From Nemertoderma westbladi (taxonomy: Eukaryota > Animalia > Xenacoelomorpha): a DNA stretch of 33,506 bases. The stretch is taken from positions 1-33,506 of the forward strand of contig JAUCBJ010004570.1 of NCBI GenBank assembly GCA_032718475.1. The letters are read 5' to 3'. This document shows, piece by piece, positions 1-12,100 of the stretch; position 1 is the stretch's first letter; the number at the start of each line of letters is the position of its first letter. The translations under genes and the position numbers were made by a program. Under the pieces are notes generated by a model. That model searched no databases and was not told the origin of the DNA. It saw only the letters and a program-made list of their open reading frames with translations.

Positions 1-2428
1 CCACATGCTCAAGCATGCCATCCTTTGAGCTTATGCTCATCCGATCAGAGACTTGCTGAGGACTTTCAAATTTAACTGTCAAAATTTTGGTCTTTCTAGA
101 GTTAATAAAAAGACCAACACCTAGAAGCAGCATGTTCTATGTCAACCACAATTATGAACAAGAATGGTGCAAGTGTGTTTCCCTGGAGGACGCCCCATAA
201 CACTTCAAATACTTCTGTGTCACCGTCAACAGTAGACACAAATGTTGTCAAACCATCGTAAACTGATCTGATTGCTGCAATAATTTCATCAGGAATCCCA
301 TATAATGAAAGTATGCTGAACATACGTGAACGAGAGACTGAATCAAAGGCCTTGAAGAAGTCAACAAAGATAACAGCCAGATGCCTGTCTTTCTTTTGTG
401 ATAACTCTTCTACTACTACTAGTATCGGCATGCTGCATTGCAGTGGCATTTTTTAGAATGCTGTGCCGGCCTTTACGACCTTTACGGAACCCATTCTGAT
501 TTCCACGGAGCAGTCTCTCAATGGGATCCCTCGATTTAATCGAATTATATTGTATAGCTTTGCAGTAATCGAGATCAATGAGATTCCCCGAAAAGAACCA
601 TAGAGTGTTAGGTTGCCCTTCTTGGGAACTGGCACCAACCCACCAACTTATTTGTTTTCATCTCTTGTGGGACTCTTGTTGTTCGGTACATGTCTACTAT
701 GATGGGATAGATGAGCTTTAAACACTCAGGTATTTTAAAGACCTCTGGGGGAACACCATCTACTCTACTGGCACGATTCGTCTTAATGCTCTTTGCACCA
801 GCCTTCACTTCTGCAAAGGAGATATCGCCAATGGGAATATCTGGGAGTACAGACTCAGACACTTTCACTTCTATAAAGTTATCAGGCAATACCCTGTCAT
901 TATTGAGGAGCTTTTCAAAGTGGGCCTTCCAACCATTGAGGCGACCAGCTGGTGATTCAGCCTTAACCTTGGTGGTTGGTTGGCTTTTCCGCCCAGTAAG
1001 CAAGTTGATCGATTTCCATGCCTGGGATGATTGCCTGCTGTCGTCAGCATCATTGATGGCATCAACCTGTTGGTTTATTAGCTCCTGTAGATTAACAGAG
1101 TACTGCCTGTTCAGGGACCTAGACTGCATTCTTGGCCGCTGTAGTCTGTTTGAGTCGGGACTCTTTCTGCGCCTTATAGAGGTCATTTCGGCACTACTGA
1201 ATTTTGTTGTCAGTCAAGGGGGCCATTTTCCTGTTTCGAGGGTATACAGGAAGTGTTTCTGCAGCTGCTAACTTAACTGCTTCTGTGAAGGCAGTATAGC
1301 CCTCACAGTGATCTGCCGCCTCAGAGGCAAGAACCTCGTACCTGTTGCTCAGCTGTAGTGTAAAGCTGGATCTCACACTTGGCTGTTGCAACAGAGAGGA
1401 CCAGTCATGTCGCGGCAAGGCAGATTTCGTTGTTCTGCTGGCACGCAGACTAAGTCTTACCTTGGCCACAATAAGGCGGCGATCACTGGAGAAGGGTCGA
1501 AGTGTAAATGCATTACAGTCTTGTATAGAGCTCCTGTATTTCCTACGTATCAGAATATGGTCTATCTGGGACTTGTGACCACTGGTTCCACTATGAGTCC
1601 ATAGCTTTCCAGTTCGCTTCTTGAACTGGGTTCCAGCCGAAAACAATCCATTTCCAGAGATAAAATCCTGAAGATGGACGGAATTTCGGTTAACACTATT
1701 GCTATAGACCCAGGGCGATGTAGGTGATTGATGCAGACTTGCATTCAAGTCTTCCAGGAATGTTAAGAATGCATGCTGATCCACTCCACCAGTAGCTGCT
1801 TGTAGATTGAGGTAGAAATTTTCCACCTCCTCTACAGGGGCAACACTAGTTGGAGAGTAGCACACAATCAGAACCACCTTAGGAAACTTCTTAGCCAGTC
1901 TTCCAGAACATGAGAAGTGGCAACGGATGATGCGGTTAGAGATTTGGTCTATATTGTCCAATGCTGCATGTGCAGTTGGATTCATCAATAGACCAATTCC
2001 ACCATTGCCACTATCATCTGCTGACGCGAGGGCGAGTCGCCAACCGCCCCACATGTCCTTAATCAGAACCTCATCAGTCTGTCCAGTCTGCATTCGGTGC
2101 TCTTGAACACCCACTGCGCTAAAAGAAAGCTTATCTGCCAAGGCAGTCAGCTCATCTTGTCGCATTGGGGACCCGAGTGCTAGGGTGTTTACTTAGGCTA
2201 GTTTAGTGACTTGCCTCAGATTCACCAATGGCTTTGTTGGTCGGGGTGCGACATGAGAGTAGCCTCCAACTCCAGAATCACTCTCCCTATCACAATCTGG
2301 CCTCCCTGGTGACCCAGGGTTTGGGCCAGAAAGGTCATCAGGAAAGGGACTCAAAGAATTGTTGACTGCTCTCTCTCCAGTAGGGGGTGAGACAGGCAGC
2401 CGGTCAGGAGATAACTGACGCCTGTGTG
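1..2428 (-). mobile_element. Decayed RTE-like non-LTR retrotransposon (APE endonuclease + reverse transcriptase), frameshifted, runs off the window start
   Basis: APE motifs VQEHR, GGIGLL, CYSPT, DLNA, QIDHIL, SD(R)RL; LSNRYEVL; RT motifs PVPKKGNL..RGISL, QNGFR, FVDFFKAFDSV, GVLQGNTLAPFLF. Several frameshifts. The [F/Y]ADD segment is deleted at ~140 (IIVVD joined to IEHAAS). Confidence 0.92.
409..470 (-). mobile_element. Short ~62-bp dispersed element ending in (TAG)4, interrupting the LINE RT
   Basis: Near-identical copy on + at ~17155-17215 and a partial copy at ~27355-27381. Confidence 0.7.
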
Positions 2429-2878
2429 GCCGGACAATTGCCCCCAGATAATTGCCCCTGAGGAGAATAACATAGTTTTTGTAATGGCTTCTGTATGTTA
2501 AATATTTATTTCTATTGAATTGAACTTCAGTTATAAAATATAGTAATTAATGTGCAAATAAGCAAACATAATAATTTAATTATGAAACGGGGATAGACAA
2601 ATTAAATTTGTTTTTATAGTTGTAATATGCTAGGCTGTGGCATGTAATAGCTAGTAAGAAACGACCTAATATATTTTAAAATATTATTCGGAGGCAATTG
2701 TCTGGAGGGCATTTGCCCGGGTGGGGGGGGGGGGGGGGCAATTGTCATTGGGGGCAATTATCATTGGGGGCAAATGTCCGTGGGGCAATTGTCCTCAGGG
2801 GGCAATTATCCAGGGGGCAATTGTCCTAGGGGCAATTCTCCGGGGGGCATTTGTCTGGGGGGCAATTGTCCTAGTTCC
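2429..2878. mobile_element. Non-autonomous element with inverted GGACAATTGCCCCC ends, AT-rich core and ~15-bp GGGGGCAATTGTCC tandem array (Helentron/MITE-like)
   Basis: Left copies (2431-2460) are inverted relative to ~11 right-hand tandem units (2691-2871). Classification is inference. Confidence 0.7.
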
Positions 2879-3018
2879 GGCCATAACATATATAGATCAA
2901 CTTGAAAAGGATACTGAACTTGGGAGAAACGAAATTGCGACAACTATGGAGAATCGGGAAGCCTGGAAGGATCTCATTTCCACTGTCCGAGTTCGCTCGA
3001 CCTAGTAGTAGTAGTAGT
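2876..3018 (+). mobile_element. 3' end of an RTE-like LINE with (TAG)n tail
   Basis: PAITYIDQLEKDTELG..MENREAWK..VRST* resembles the RTE C-terminus (TYIDxLxxDTGL..MxDRxxWR); the stop codon runs into tagtagtagtagtagt. Confidence 0.8.
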
Positions 3019-3039
3019 GGTTGAACAAATCCACAGCAA

Positions 3040-3560
3040 TACCCAGGATTTATATGTCATGTTTTGTCAGAGATCATAAAGGCTACTTTCAGACTCGGCG
3101 AAGTTCCTCAGGTATTTGGTGAAACAATTGTTTCCCATCTTTACAAAGGCAAGGGACGTGATTCTCTACTCTCAAAGTCATATCGTCGGATCGCTATAGT
3201 AAACCTATTTGAAAAGATATTTGAGTCTGTGTTACTCAGTGAGTTACTCTCCACCCAGACATTATCCCGCCATCCCAATTGGCCTATCAGAAGAAATTGG
3301 ATCCGACCTCTTCATTAGCGCAATCCTGGAATGTCTCGAAACGCAACGCAGAAAGGGAACCACCATTTACCTCTGCCAATTGATGTAGCCTCTGCGTTCA
3401 ACAACGTTGAATACTTTACTCTATTCAGCAACCTACGACTTCACTTAAACCCTCAACATTTGTCTTCCACTATTAACTTACTACAAATTCAGCACTGCAT
3501 TCTTCAAACTCGGATCAAAGATCTCGGAGCTGACAGCATCCAAATCATCGCCTCAACTTC
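3040..3560 (+). mobile_element. Degenerate non-LTR reverse transcriptase fragment
   Basis: LYKGKGRD...SYRRIAIVNLFEKIFE and IDVASAFNNV (cf. LDxxKAFDxV), in different frames. Confidence 0.75.
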
Positions 3561-4851
3561 ACGATCAGTACCATAATACCCTCATGGCCCCAATGGTGAC
3601 CCATCACCCATGGCATTCCGTGGCTTAACGAGCCTAAAAGATTCTCCCATTCATATGGCAAACATTTGGTTATTTTGTTCATGTATGGTGATTATATTTT
3701 TGGTTATTTCTTATTTTGGTTATAAACTTTATTGGATATCATTGCTAAATAATATACTTACTGTAATAAAGTGAAATAAAATAAAGTTAAATAAAGTAAC
3801 TTATTTTGATCGTGTTGGTTTTAACTTTAATATAAATAACCCGTCTATGTTATGGATATTATATAAATGACTTTAGTCGTTTTTGTTTTATATTTAAATC
3901 AGAGTGAATGGACCCCGTACGAAAATAAGGATTTATACGACGTTAGAAAATAACTGAATAGGATGGCTGCATCGGAAAAGTCACCCAATTAGTAGAAGGT
4001 TGTATTGGTACAAATAATTTGATAATTTCATTCCAAATCTAATTCATAACAACACAAAATAATTATAACATTTGCAAACGTTTAAACTATTCTAGAACAG
4101 CTTGAACCACAAGTAATATTACAATAATGAAGTTTCGTTATATTATAAAACAAAACCAAATACCCAAATATGCGTCATAAAATGGAACAACAACTTTACG
4201 TTATATTTAAATTTACATTAAGATGTATAGGTTACAAACCATCCATTAAATAAATTGTTCTAAAATGTAAATAATAGTTAAATTAGCAACGAAAGTATAT
4301 CGCAGCATGGGAGAGGACTCCATGTAGCAGAGCAAATTCCAATCCTGAACTGTAAAGTCAAAATATAACGAGCTACACATTTGGTCTATTGATGGTAGCC
4401 ACTTTCTTTATTCTCGCGGATGCAGTACTCCATAGCAACAGGAGTCAATGTAGAAAATTACTTTTACTAAGTCAGTATATTAAGATAGAGCTGATATAAC
4501 AAAATTTGATTGATCGTTGTCATTTCTAGAGGCTATTTTAAAATTGTAAAAGTAAAATCCTTTAGTATAGTAATGGATCTAACTGATGCTATTTCATAGT
4601 GCTGAAGTATGGGATGAAGTTTAGCTTTACAAGTAGAAGTAGAACAAAATTATACAAATTTTACTGAACCTTTATGTACATTGAGTTAGCTAAGTTAATA
4701 TTATGACTTAGTGAGTCAATATATTGAGGTATATCGGAGGAATCTTACTGAGTGGTTAATTTAAATAAATGACGACATATTTATGAAAATTACCACGAAA
4801 CTTCATATATAGGCACATAACTAACTGTTCCAATATTAAATCCACAAACCA

Positions 4852-6174
4852 CTATTTACCGTAACCTATATCAATTCCACGATGTTTATTAGGTGGACTC
4901 TCCCCTCCAGAGTAGCTAAAATGTTTGCGTTTTTTATGTTTTTTATGTCTGTGTCGATGGGAACTTCCCTCGTCCCCTTCCTCCCCGGAACTCCCTTCCG
5001 CTCGTTTGTGCTTTTTCTTCTTCTTCGACTTTTTCTCCCTGCTCCGTCGACGTCCGTCGTCCAGCTCCCCCTCGACGACTTTCCGTTTGATATGGAGTTT
5101 CAGCGAGCCGGTGGACGCGTCCCCGTCGCCAGTAGCGACGAGCGCCCGGTACGGGGCAACCACGGCGAACTCGCTACCGGAGCTCTGCGTGTACGCCGCC
5201 GTGGTTGCGCCGGCGTCGTCGTCCTCTGATTGGCTGGCGACCAGACGACCCGTGGGGGACCCGTTAAAGTTAAGTTTTGTCAACGAAACCGTAGGAAACA
5301 AAGTCTCCGTGTTACTCGAGTATTTAGTATCTATTGCACCGGAGTAGCTATCAGCCCTGGGATTATCCATGTTGAATACTTTCAGTTTGGAACAGTCTGC
5401 AGTTTGAACCGACAGTTTAAGAGTTTCGGGTATTTGATTTGGAATAGTAACGGGCGAATTACCGCGCGCATCTCTTCCATCAAATATTGGAGGGATATTT
5501 AAACCCGTGGCGGGACGAGTGACTTTCACTTTAACGGCTTTGGGGAGTTGAGGTGTCGTTTCCGGGGTTCTTATAGAGGAAGAACTAGGAGGTTTCCTAT
5601 CGGAAGATGAGTGGGAATACGTGTTGAATTTTTGAGAGGAATTGGCAGAGGAGTTGAGTTGTTTATTTGATACGATCTTTGCGTCAGACTTAGTAGGCGT
5701 TTCTGTTTTGTGATTTGCACCGGTTGAAGAATGAGTTGCACCAGTTGTTTGATTCATTGTTTTTAATACTGCGGAAGAGGCGGGTTGTTTAAATACTGGC
5801 GGAATGTTTGTGGCGGGATTAGTCGCACTGCTATCGGAACGATTGTGTTTTTGTTCCGAAGTTCGATTGTCCCCTAACCCAGATCTACCTTCTTTAGACC
5901 GAGTTCGATCTTCCACAGACCGGGATCGATCGTCCACAGACCGGGTTCGATCGTCCACAGGCCGAGATCGATCGCCCACAGACCGGGTTCGATCGTCCAC
6001 AGTCCGGCTTCGATCGTCCACAGACCGGGTTCGATCGTCCACAGGCCGAGATCGATCGCCCACAGACCGGTTTCGATCGTCCACAGACCGGGTTCGATCG
6101 TCCACAGACCGGGTTCGATCGTCCACAGACCGGATTCGATCGTCCTCCATCCTGTCAGCAGCACCGTGACGCAT
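4852..6174 (-). CDS. CycT: Cyclin T terminal coding exon 9 (7-aa repeats, LKLHIK motif, K/H/R-rich basic C-terminus)
   Basis: Acceptor tatatttcag before ATG CGT, phase 0, open to TAG at 4852-4854. Linkage to the gene is inferred from strand, phase and composition. Confidence 0.8.
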   Translation of the reverse strand: MRHGAADRMEDDRIRSVDDRTRSVDDRTRSVDDRNRSVGDRSRPVDDRTRSVDDRSRTVDDRTRSVGDRSRPVDDRTRSVDDRSRSVEDRTRSKEGRSGLGDNRTSEQKHNRSDSSATNPATNIPPVFKQPASSAVLKTMNQTTGATHSSTGANHKTETPTKSDAKIVSNKQLNSSANSSQKFNTYSHSSSDRKPPSSSSIRTPETTPQLPKAVKVKVTRPATGLNIPPIFDGRDARGNSPVTIPNQIPETLKLSVQTADCSKLKVFNMDNPRADSYSGAIDTKYSSNTETLFPTVSLTKLNFNGSPTGRLVASQSEDDDAGATTAAYTQSSGSEFAVVAPYRALVATGDGDASTGSLKLHIKRKVVEGELDDGRRRSREKKSKKKKKHKRAEGSSGEEGDEGSSHRHRHKKHKKRKHFSYSGGESPPNKHRGIDIGYGK

Positions 6175-9100
6175 CTGAAAATATAATATAAAAATAATAT
6201 ACATTTACATAAGGCTACCAATAAAAGTTAACCAAATACATGGAGTATAATATTATTCCTACCTTTACAACCGAATGATATCGAGAAATTACCCGGGGGG
6301 GGGGGGGGGGGGTGGGCAAGCGACACACCCCGACTTCATAACTTTAAACAACCACTACATGAATATACTAACATGCAATTGGCTGAAATTTGGACAGCGA
6401 ACATGGGAAAGATGGTTCTTTCATATTATAGCCATGTTTTTATGATTGGAGCTGTACATCATGTTAACCCTGGTCCATTACAGGGGGGGGGGGGGGGGGG
6501 GGATTCTGAAAAATTAATACTAGTGTTGCAAAAAAATGGCAAAACCATGCATGTATCTTTTTTCACGGAATTCAGATGTGTTACATATTTTGAATCCTTG
6601 CGCGGCCAGCTTTCCAGTGGCACTAACAAATCACTATAATGTCACTATAGTGGCACTGAATTACGACACTATATCGAGGGTATGGTGTAATAAAAGATAG
6701 AGCGATATAGTGTTACAAAATATATTGAACTGTATTATTTTACAATATTGCTTCAATAGTTACTGCGTTTCAAACTACTGTACTTAACTATATACACCAT
6801 GTCCCAGAATATAGTGTCGTAATTCAATGATAAGACTATACCCCACCCCCCCCCCCCCCAAATTTTTCTACAAATCGTAATGAGATTGCATGAAATTTGA
6901 AACAGAGATAGTTTCACCTCCCGACCACTGACTGGGTGAGACTGAATTTGTATTTTTGTTTCAATCTTTAGCTATACAAGCGTTTAAAAAAAGTATCTCA
7001 GGCGATATTACCCCAGTTACACTACAGTTATTCTTCAACCTAAAACCTTGTTGGAACTAGTGGAAAGCTGGCCATGCAAGGATTCCACATATATAAAAAT
7101 ATGTGAATTTGGTTGAGAAATAGCTGAGTTATGGGCATTCGAAAGTTGATGCGGGGCGTTTATTCTATAAAATAAATGCATAACATTCTGGAACATTTTG
7201 TTTATGTATGATCCATTACATCCCGAAATTGCTTTAAATTTGAAACACAACTAATTCCACTCACCGTCGATGACCCCATGAAGCCGGAATTTTCGATTTT
7301 GCCTTTAAATGTATTTTATACGCGTTTTAAAAAAGTGTCTTTTGAGAAATCGCACCCTCCGTATCCTGGCTATTCTTCACATTAGTCGTAATTAGAAAGC
7401 TTGCGTTGCAAGGATTCCAAATATGTAACAATATCTGAATTTCGTTGAGAAACAGCTGAGATAGTTCAGACGCTGAGACGTTCAAAGATTGCAAGAACAA
7501 TTGTTCCGCGTAGGTGAAAATAATTATGTTTTGCGTGAAATTTATAAGACGGTAAGCGTAGGTAGCCAATAGCAGAGATATGCAAATCAGTGGGAAATTA
7601 ATGAGACAGTGGACATGCTGACGTGAACAGAACATATCATAATGATAGGACTATTATTCGATAAAAAAAAGTAAGCGGAAAACACCGCTTATTTTAACTC
7701 ATTTTCAATTTAGAGAAATTCAATTATTCTGTCCGAGTGTTTGAGTTTTACAGGAGTTTGTGCCAACGAGTGGAAAACTCAACACACGAGGGCAGAATAT
7801 CTGAATTTCGCTAAATAAAATGAGTGGAAAATGGTGTTTTCCGTTACGTTTTTATATCGAATATAGTTTTATTTGAAAAAAAATATCACCAACGTTATCA
7901 ATGTTAACGACGTATAATATTACTATATTTTAATACGGAATCTCAAATAAATACATATAGCTGCTGTACAGTATGCTATGCCTGACAAGCCTCGGTCTAC
8001 ATTATATAATCATTATGTACCAGGAACTTACTCAATTATATGAAAGTATGTATCAATTTGATTATATTGTGTAGTAAATAGTCAAATATTAAGGGGGGGG
8101 GGGGGGGGGGGGGGGGGGGTAGTGTGTACCCCCACCCCCCCCCATTATGTCTGTTTGGCAGTGATGCTGTCGGTTATATTTTGACGGACAGACTGACAGG
8201 CATACAATACAGACAGAGGCAAAATTTCAATAATGACATCAGAAATGAAGTCACCGACCCCGAAAACCTATATATAGATTATTTTTAGACAGACAGTATA
8301 CCTTTATTTGACGGACAGACGTACTGACGGACAGACAGCCAGATCTCTAGACAAGATAGATATTGCTAAACGGTTTTCAATCTTGGCTACCTACGCTTAC
8401 CGTCTTATAAATTTCAGATACGCAAAACATAATTATTTTCACCTACGCGGAGGCTCCGCGTACGCGTTAAAGCAAGACCCGTTATTTATTTAATGAGTTC
8501 GTTGGCAACAGCGGTTATCCAATATCTCTATTGCGTAGCTATTCATACTTAAACAAAATGTTCCAGAACATTGTGTATTTATTAAATATAATAAATGGCC
8601 TTCAGCGAACAATAATTCTTGCAATCTTTGAACGCCTTATCTCAATTGTTTCTCAACGAAATTCAGATATTGTTACATATTTGGAATCCTTGCGAACGCA
8701 GCTTTTTAATGATATGTGAAAAATTACGACTAAATGTGAAGAATGGCCACGATACGGAGGGTGCGATTTCGCAAAAGACACTTTTTTAAAACGCTTATAA
8801 AAAAATTTAAAGGCAAAATAGAAAATTCCGGCTTCATGGGGTCAATCGACGGTGAGTGGAACTAGTTGTGTTTCAAATTTCAAGCAATATGATAAAGATT
8901 TGTAGAAAAAATTGGGGGGTCCGTGTCATCAGAAAATGTCACTATATTACGGGTCAGCAATGTAGGCATTGCACTGTTGCCAAGCTACTTATGAGATAAA
9001 TAAAATAAAATTCAAAAGATCGCTTTCATATCCCAGCTGTTTCATTCCAAGTGCTGGACATCCCGCTGGTTACCTATCCAACACCACAATCCGTACGCTT

Positions 9101-12100
9101 TGGTCTGCCATTGCCATTCCCTCCATCACCTACCATAATTGAAGTTCAATATCGGTACTCTCACCGAAACTGATACAGAATCCCTCGATAACAGGAAATC
9201 ACAAAGGGGAATTCTCCACATCGGCACCTATGTAAATAATTGCACGCTGCATACACTACTAAATTGCATTCCCCTATCGCAAGCAGCTTTGCATTCGTGT
9301 GTCACTACTATGATTCAGACTCTGCAGTGTCCAAACTAGGTACTGCAACTTGGTTATAGGTTAGCGGTAATCCATAACTTGGTCTCAAGGCGCTCTGTCG
9401 TGGCATTCGCAATGGCTACCGAAGGGGCAGTTTAAGTTTCTCCCTGACAAGCTTCCTCTCGATCCTCACATCCGGTTACGACAATAAAGTCGTACTGAAA
9501 CGAATCGAAAACGGTCCATCCTTCCACATGAGATTTAATCAACGCCAACTTCGTGCAACGCCCTGACACCCCGACCACTATTAGCACTCGACTTAAATGT
9601 GTAGCGAATTATTTCAACTACTAGTTTTCAATAATTTATTCAGTGCATTTTAACACCATCGCCTTTTATTGTCGGCGAGTCTGATATTTTTGTTAATGAA
9701 GAATGAAGTCACAGACCAATAAAACCCATATTGGAATTTTTTAGACAGATAGTATGAATTCCATTGTTTACTGTTTTATTTAATTCCAAATACTGACGGA
9801 CAGACCGACAGTGAAACGGACAGACAGCCATATCTCGAGAAGTAAGACAGTTCTTACTAAACGGTTTTCATACGGGCGTGGGACAACCAGTCGGTCATCT
9901 GTAATAAAATGTTTTGTTAAATCTCTTGAAAGTACACTACAACAGGACAACTTCATTCGGTCTTGGTGGAGTACGATAGAAAATTCTTCCAAGGGTATTT
10001 AGTATTTCAGAGGGTGTTTGGGGCGGAAAACTACTTGAACTCACTTAGTGGTTACCCTACACTGTGTAAGACTGTGAGCCGCCTAAGGTGTTCCTCGCAC
10101 GATCTACAAATTGAATACGGATGTTGGCATAATGTACCGCGTAACGATAGATTATGCCAGCTCTGTAATCTCCCAGAAGTTGAGGATAAATATCACTTTG
10201 TACTTAAATGTCCGCTCTGTCATGATCTATGCATTCAATTTTTGGCAGTAAGATATCATAGAAATCCTTCATCGGTCAAATTTCTTGAACTCCTTAGTCT
10301 TACGTCGTATTGCAAAATTAAGCAGTTTGGTGTGTTTTTATAAAACTAAACCCTGCAAAAACCTAGTTAGTACGTATTACGGGTGTTGTCTGCGCAACTT
10401 TCTCTATAGTGATCATTTACTGTGTACTTCAGTTCTTTGATTTAGATTGATATTATGTATATGTTCCTACTTAACGTACTGGGTTCACCTATGTATATAT
10501 TTTCTAGATGAATACGTACTCCGGGATTGTAGCGTGCAGTTGGTACTACTTTGCTCTCAACAATTAGCCTTAATTGGCTTTGTTGTGATTAACAATAAAC
10601 ATAACTTCAACTCCTGATGCTGCCTTACTCAATGTTAAATAATTTAGTGTTCTCGAATAGTTATTACGTAACTAGAGAGCCGATTAACTACACAAACCAA
10701 TGTAGTTTGGTTATGCAACCTGCTCCTCAAACCAGGAGCAGGTTGCAGATATTTTTGGGAGTAATCAGCTGTTAATTACGTCGATTTTCTCTTTTGAATA
10801 CGTCGACAGCGTGGTGGGTGGCTCCCCCCCCCCCCCCCCCTCTCTAATAATTATTCAATTATATGGGGGGTGACGTTAGAAACGGACCTACCGGGATTTG
10901 TCTCGAACATCTCGAATATATCTGCAGATAGAATAATCTATCCGCAGGTAGATTATGGATCCCCATAAAATTTGGGACATGACATGATGGATGATAAAAT
11001 AAAACGAAACATTTTTAAGTTAAATCCAAAATGCGATTTACATACCTGTTTGTGATGATGTTTGGAAGAACTTCGTACATGAGATTCCTTCTCTCTCGCG
11101 CCAGATTGGGAACATTCGTTTGTGGAACGATCCGATTTCACATGAATTTGTTCATCAAATGACGATCTATTTGACTTCACCTGAACGTGTTTGTCCAAAG
11201 GGGAGCCACTAGACTTCATATTAACTCGTTCGTCCAATGAGGCTGCGGTAGACTTTATCGCTACTTTGTCACCAAATGAGGAACTAGACTTAATTCGTTC
11301 ATCTAATGAGGGAGCACTAGGCGATAAATCCTTAGTTATAAATCCATTAGTTATTTGCTCCTGTGTGACGGGGGGAGGAGGAGTGATTCGTTGCTTAGTG
11401 ACACCCAATGGAGGAGTGGCGCCTCTGGATCCACCAAACCGTTCCGTCCACGCGTTGTAGTTGGCGATTTTAGGAAGATGAGCCGAGTTACCATGGCTGC
11501 CGTTAGAGGGAATGGAGCGGCTACGATGCTTCTCGCTGAGTTTGCTGGGAGGTTTGGGTGTCCTCGTTTCGCTCATTCCCCGACTCGCTTCTCCATCTAA
11601 ACTATCGCTCTCAGTTTGCGGGACTATAGAACTGTACTTAGCGTAGGAGTGGTTAACGGAACTCTCCGACGCAATAAGTTCAACTGGAGACAGGCGCTCT
11701 TTCGATCCACCTACATGGTGAGACACTTTTGCATCGAACTCAGATTTGATGATCTTGTTTTCAAATTGTTCATGGTCGATTTTGTGTCTCTTTTGGTCGG
11801 GTCTCTCCGATATGACTATGTCATCAGAATGCTCCCTATCTGATCGAGACACAATCACGTCCTCAGGTCGCCTGGAAGACACTTTCTGAGATCGGTGATC
11901 GGGTTTAATCGACGATGGATTTGAGGGATTTCGATCAGATTTTCGCTCGCCCTGATTATCTTTACTCGGAAGAATTCCAGAAGTGATTCTATCTGGAGTG
12001 TTCAATTGAGTTTTATGGGGGATCGTTTGAGATTTGGCAGTAGGGAGATTTGGCACAGTTCCGTGATCAGGTCTGTCAAATCGACTATTATGAGTTCTTT

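Larger units (their letters stand above)
7232..8957. mobile_element. Palindromic MITE family A split by nested insertions (left arm ~7232-7500, right arm ~8500-8957)
   Basis: The arms are reverse complements of each other and match the arms of the copy at 23863-24835. Confidence 0.85.

Noticed and set aside
711-1604. Plus-strand ORFs of 186, 77 and 72 aa
   Set aside because: Antisense shadows of the LINE coding region.
1-2428. Active or domesticated reverse transcriptase
   Set aside because: Multiple frameshifts, an insertion, and deletion of the catalytic [F/Y]ADD motif.
2721-3005. 94-aa ORF with GAIxx pentapeptide-like repeats
   Set aside because: Chance read-through from a 15-bp DNA repeat into a LINE C-terminal fragment.
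4882-6221. Antisense or alternative-frame ORFs over exon 9
   Set aside because: Shadows of a GC-rich or repetitive coding exon, with no independent motifs.
6373-8719. Short ORFs recurring in introns (also 20161-20523, 23883-24176, 24768-25043)
   Set aside because: Translations of non-coding MITE arms with no transposase motifs.
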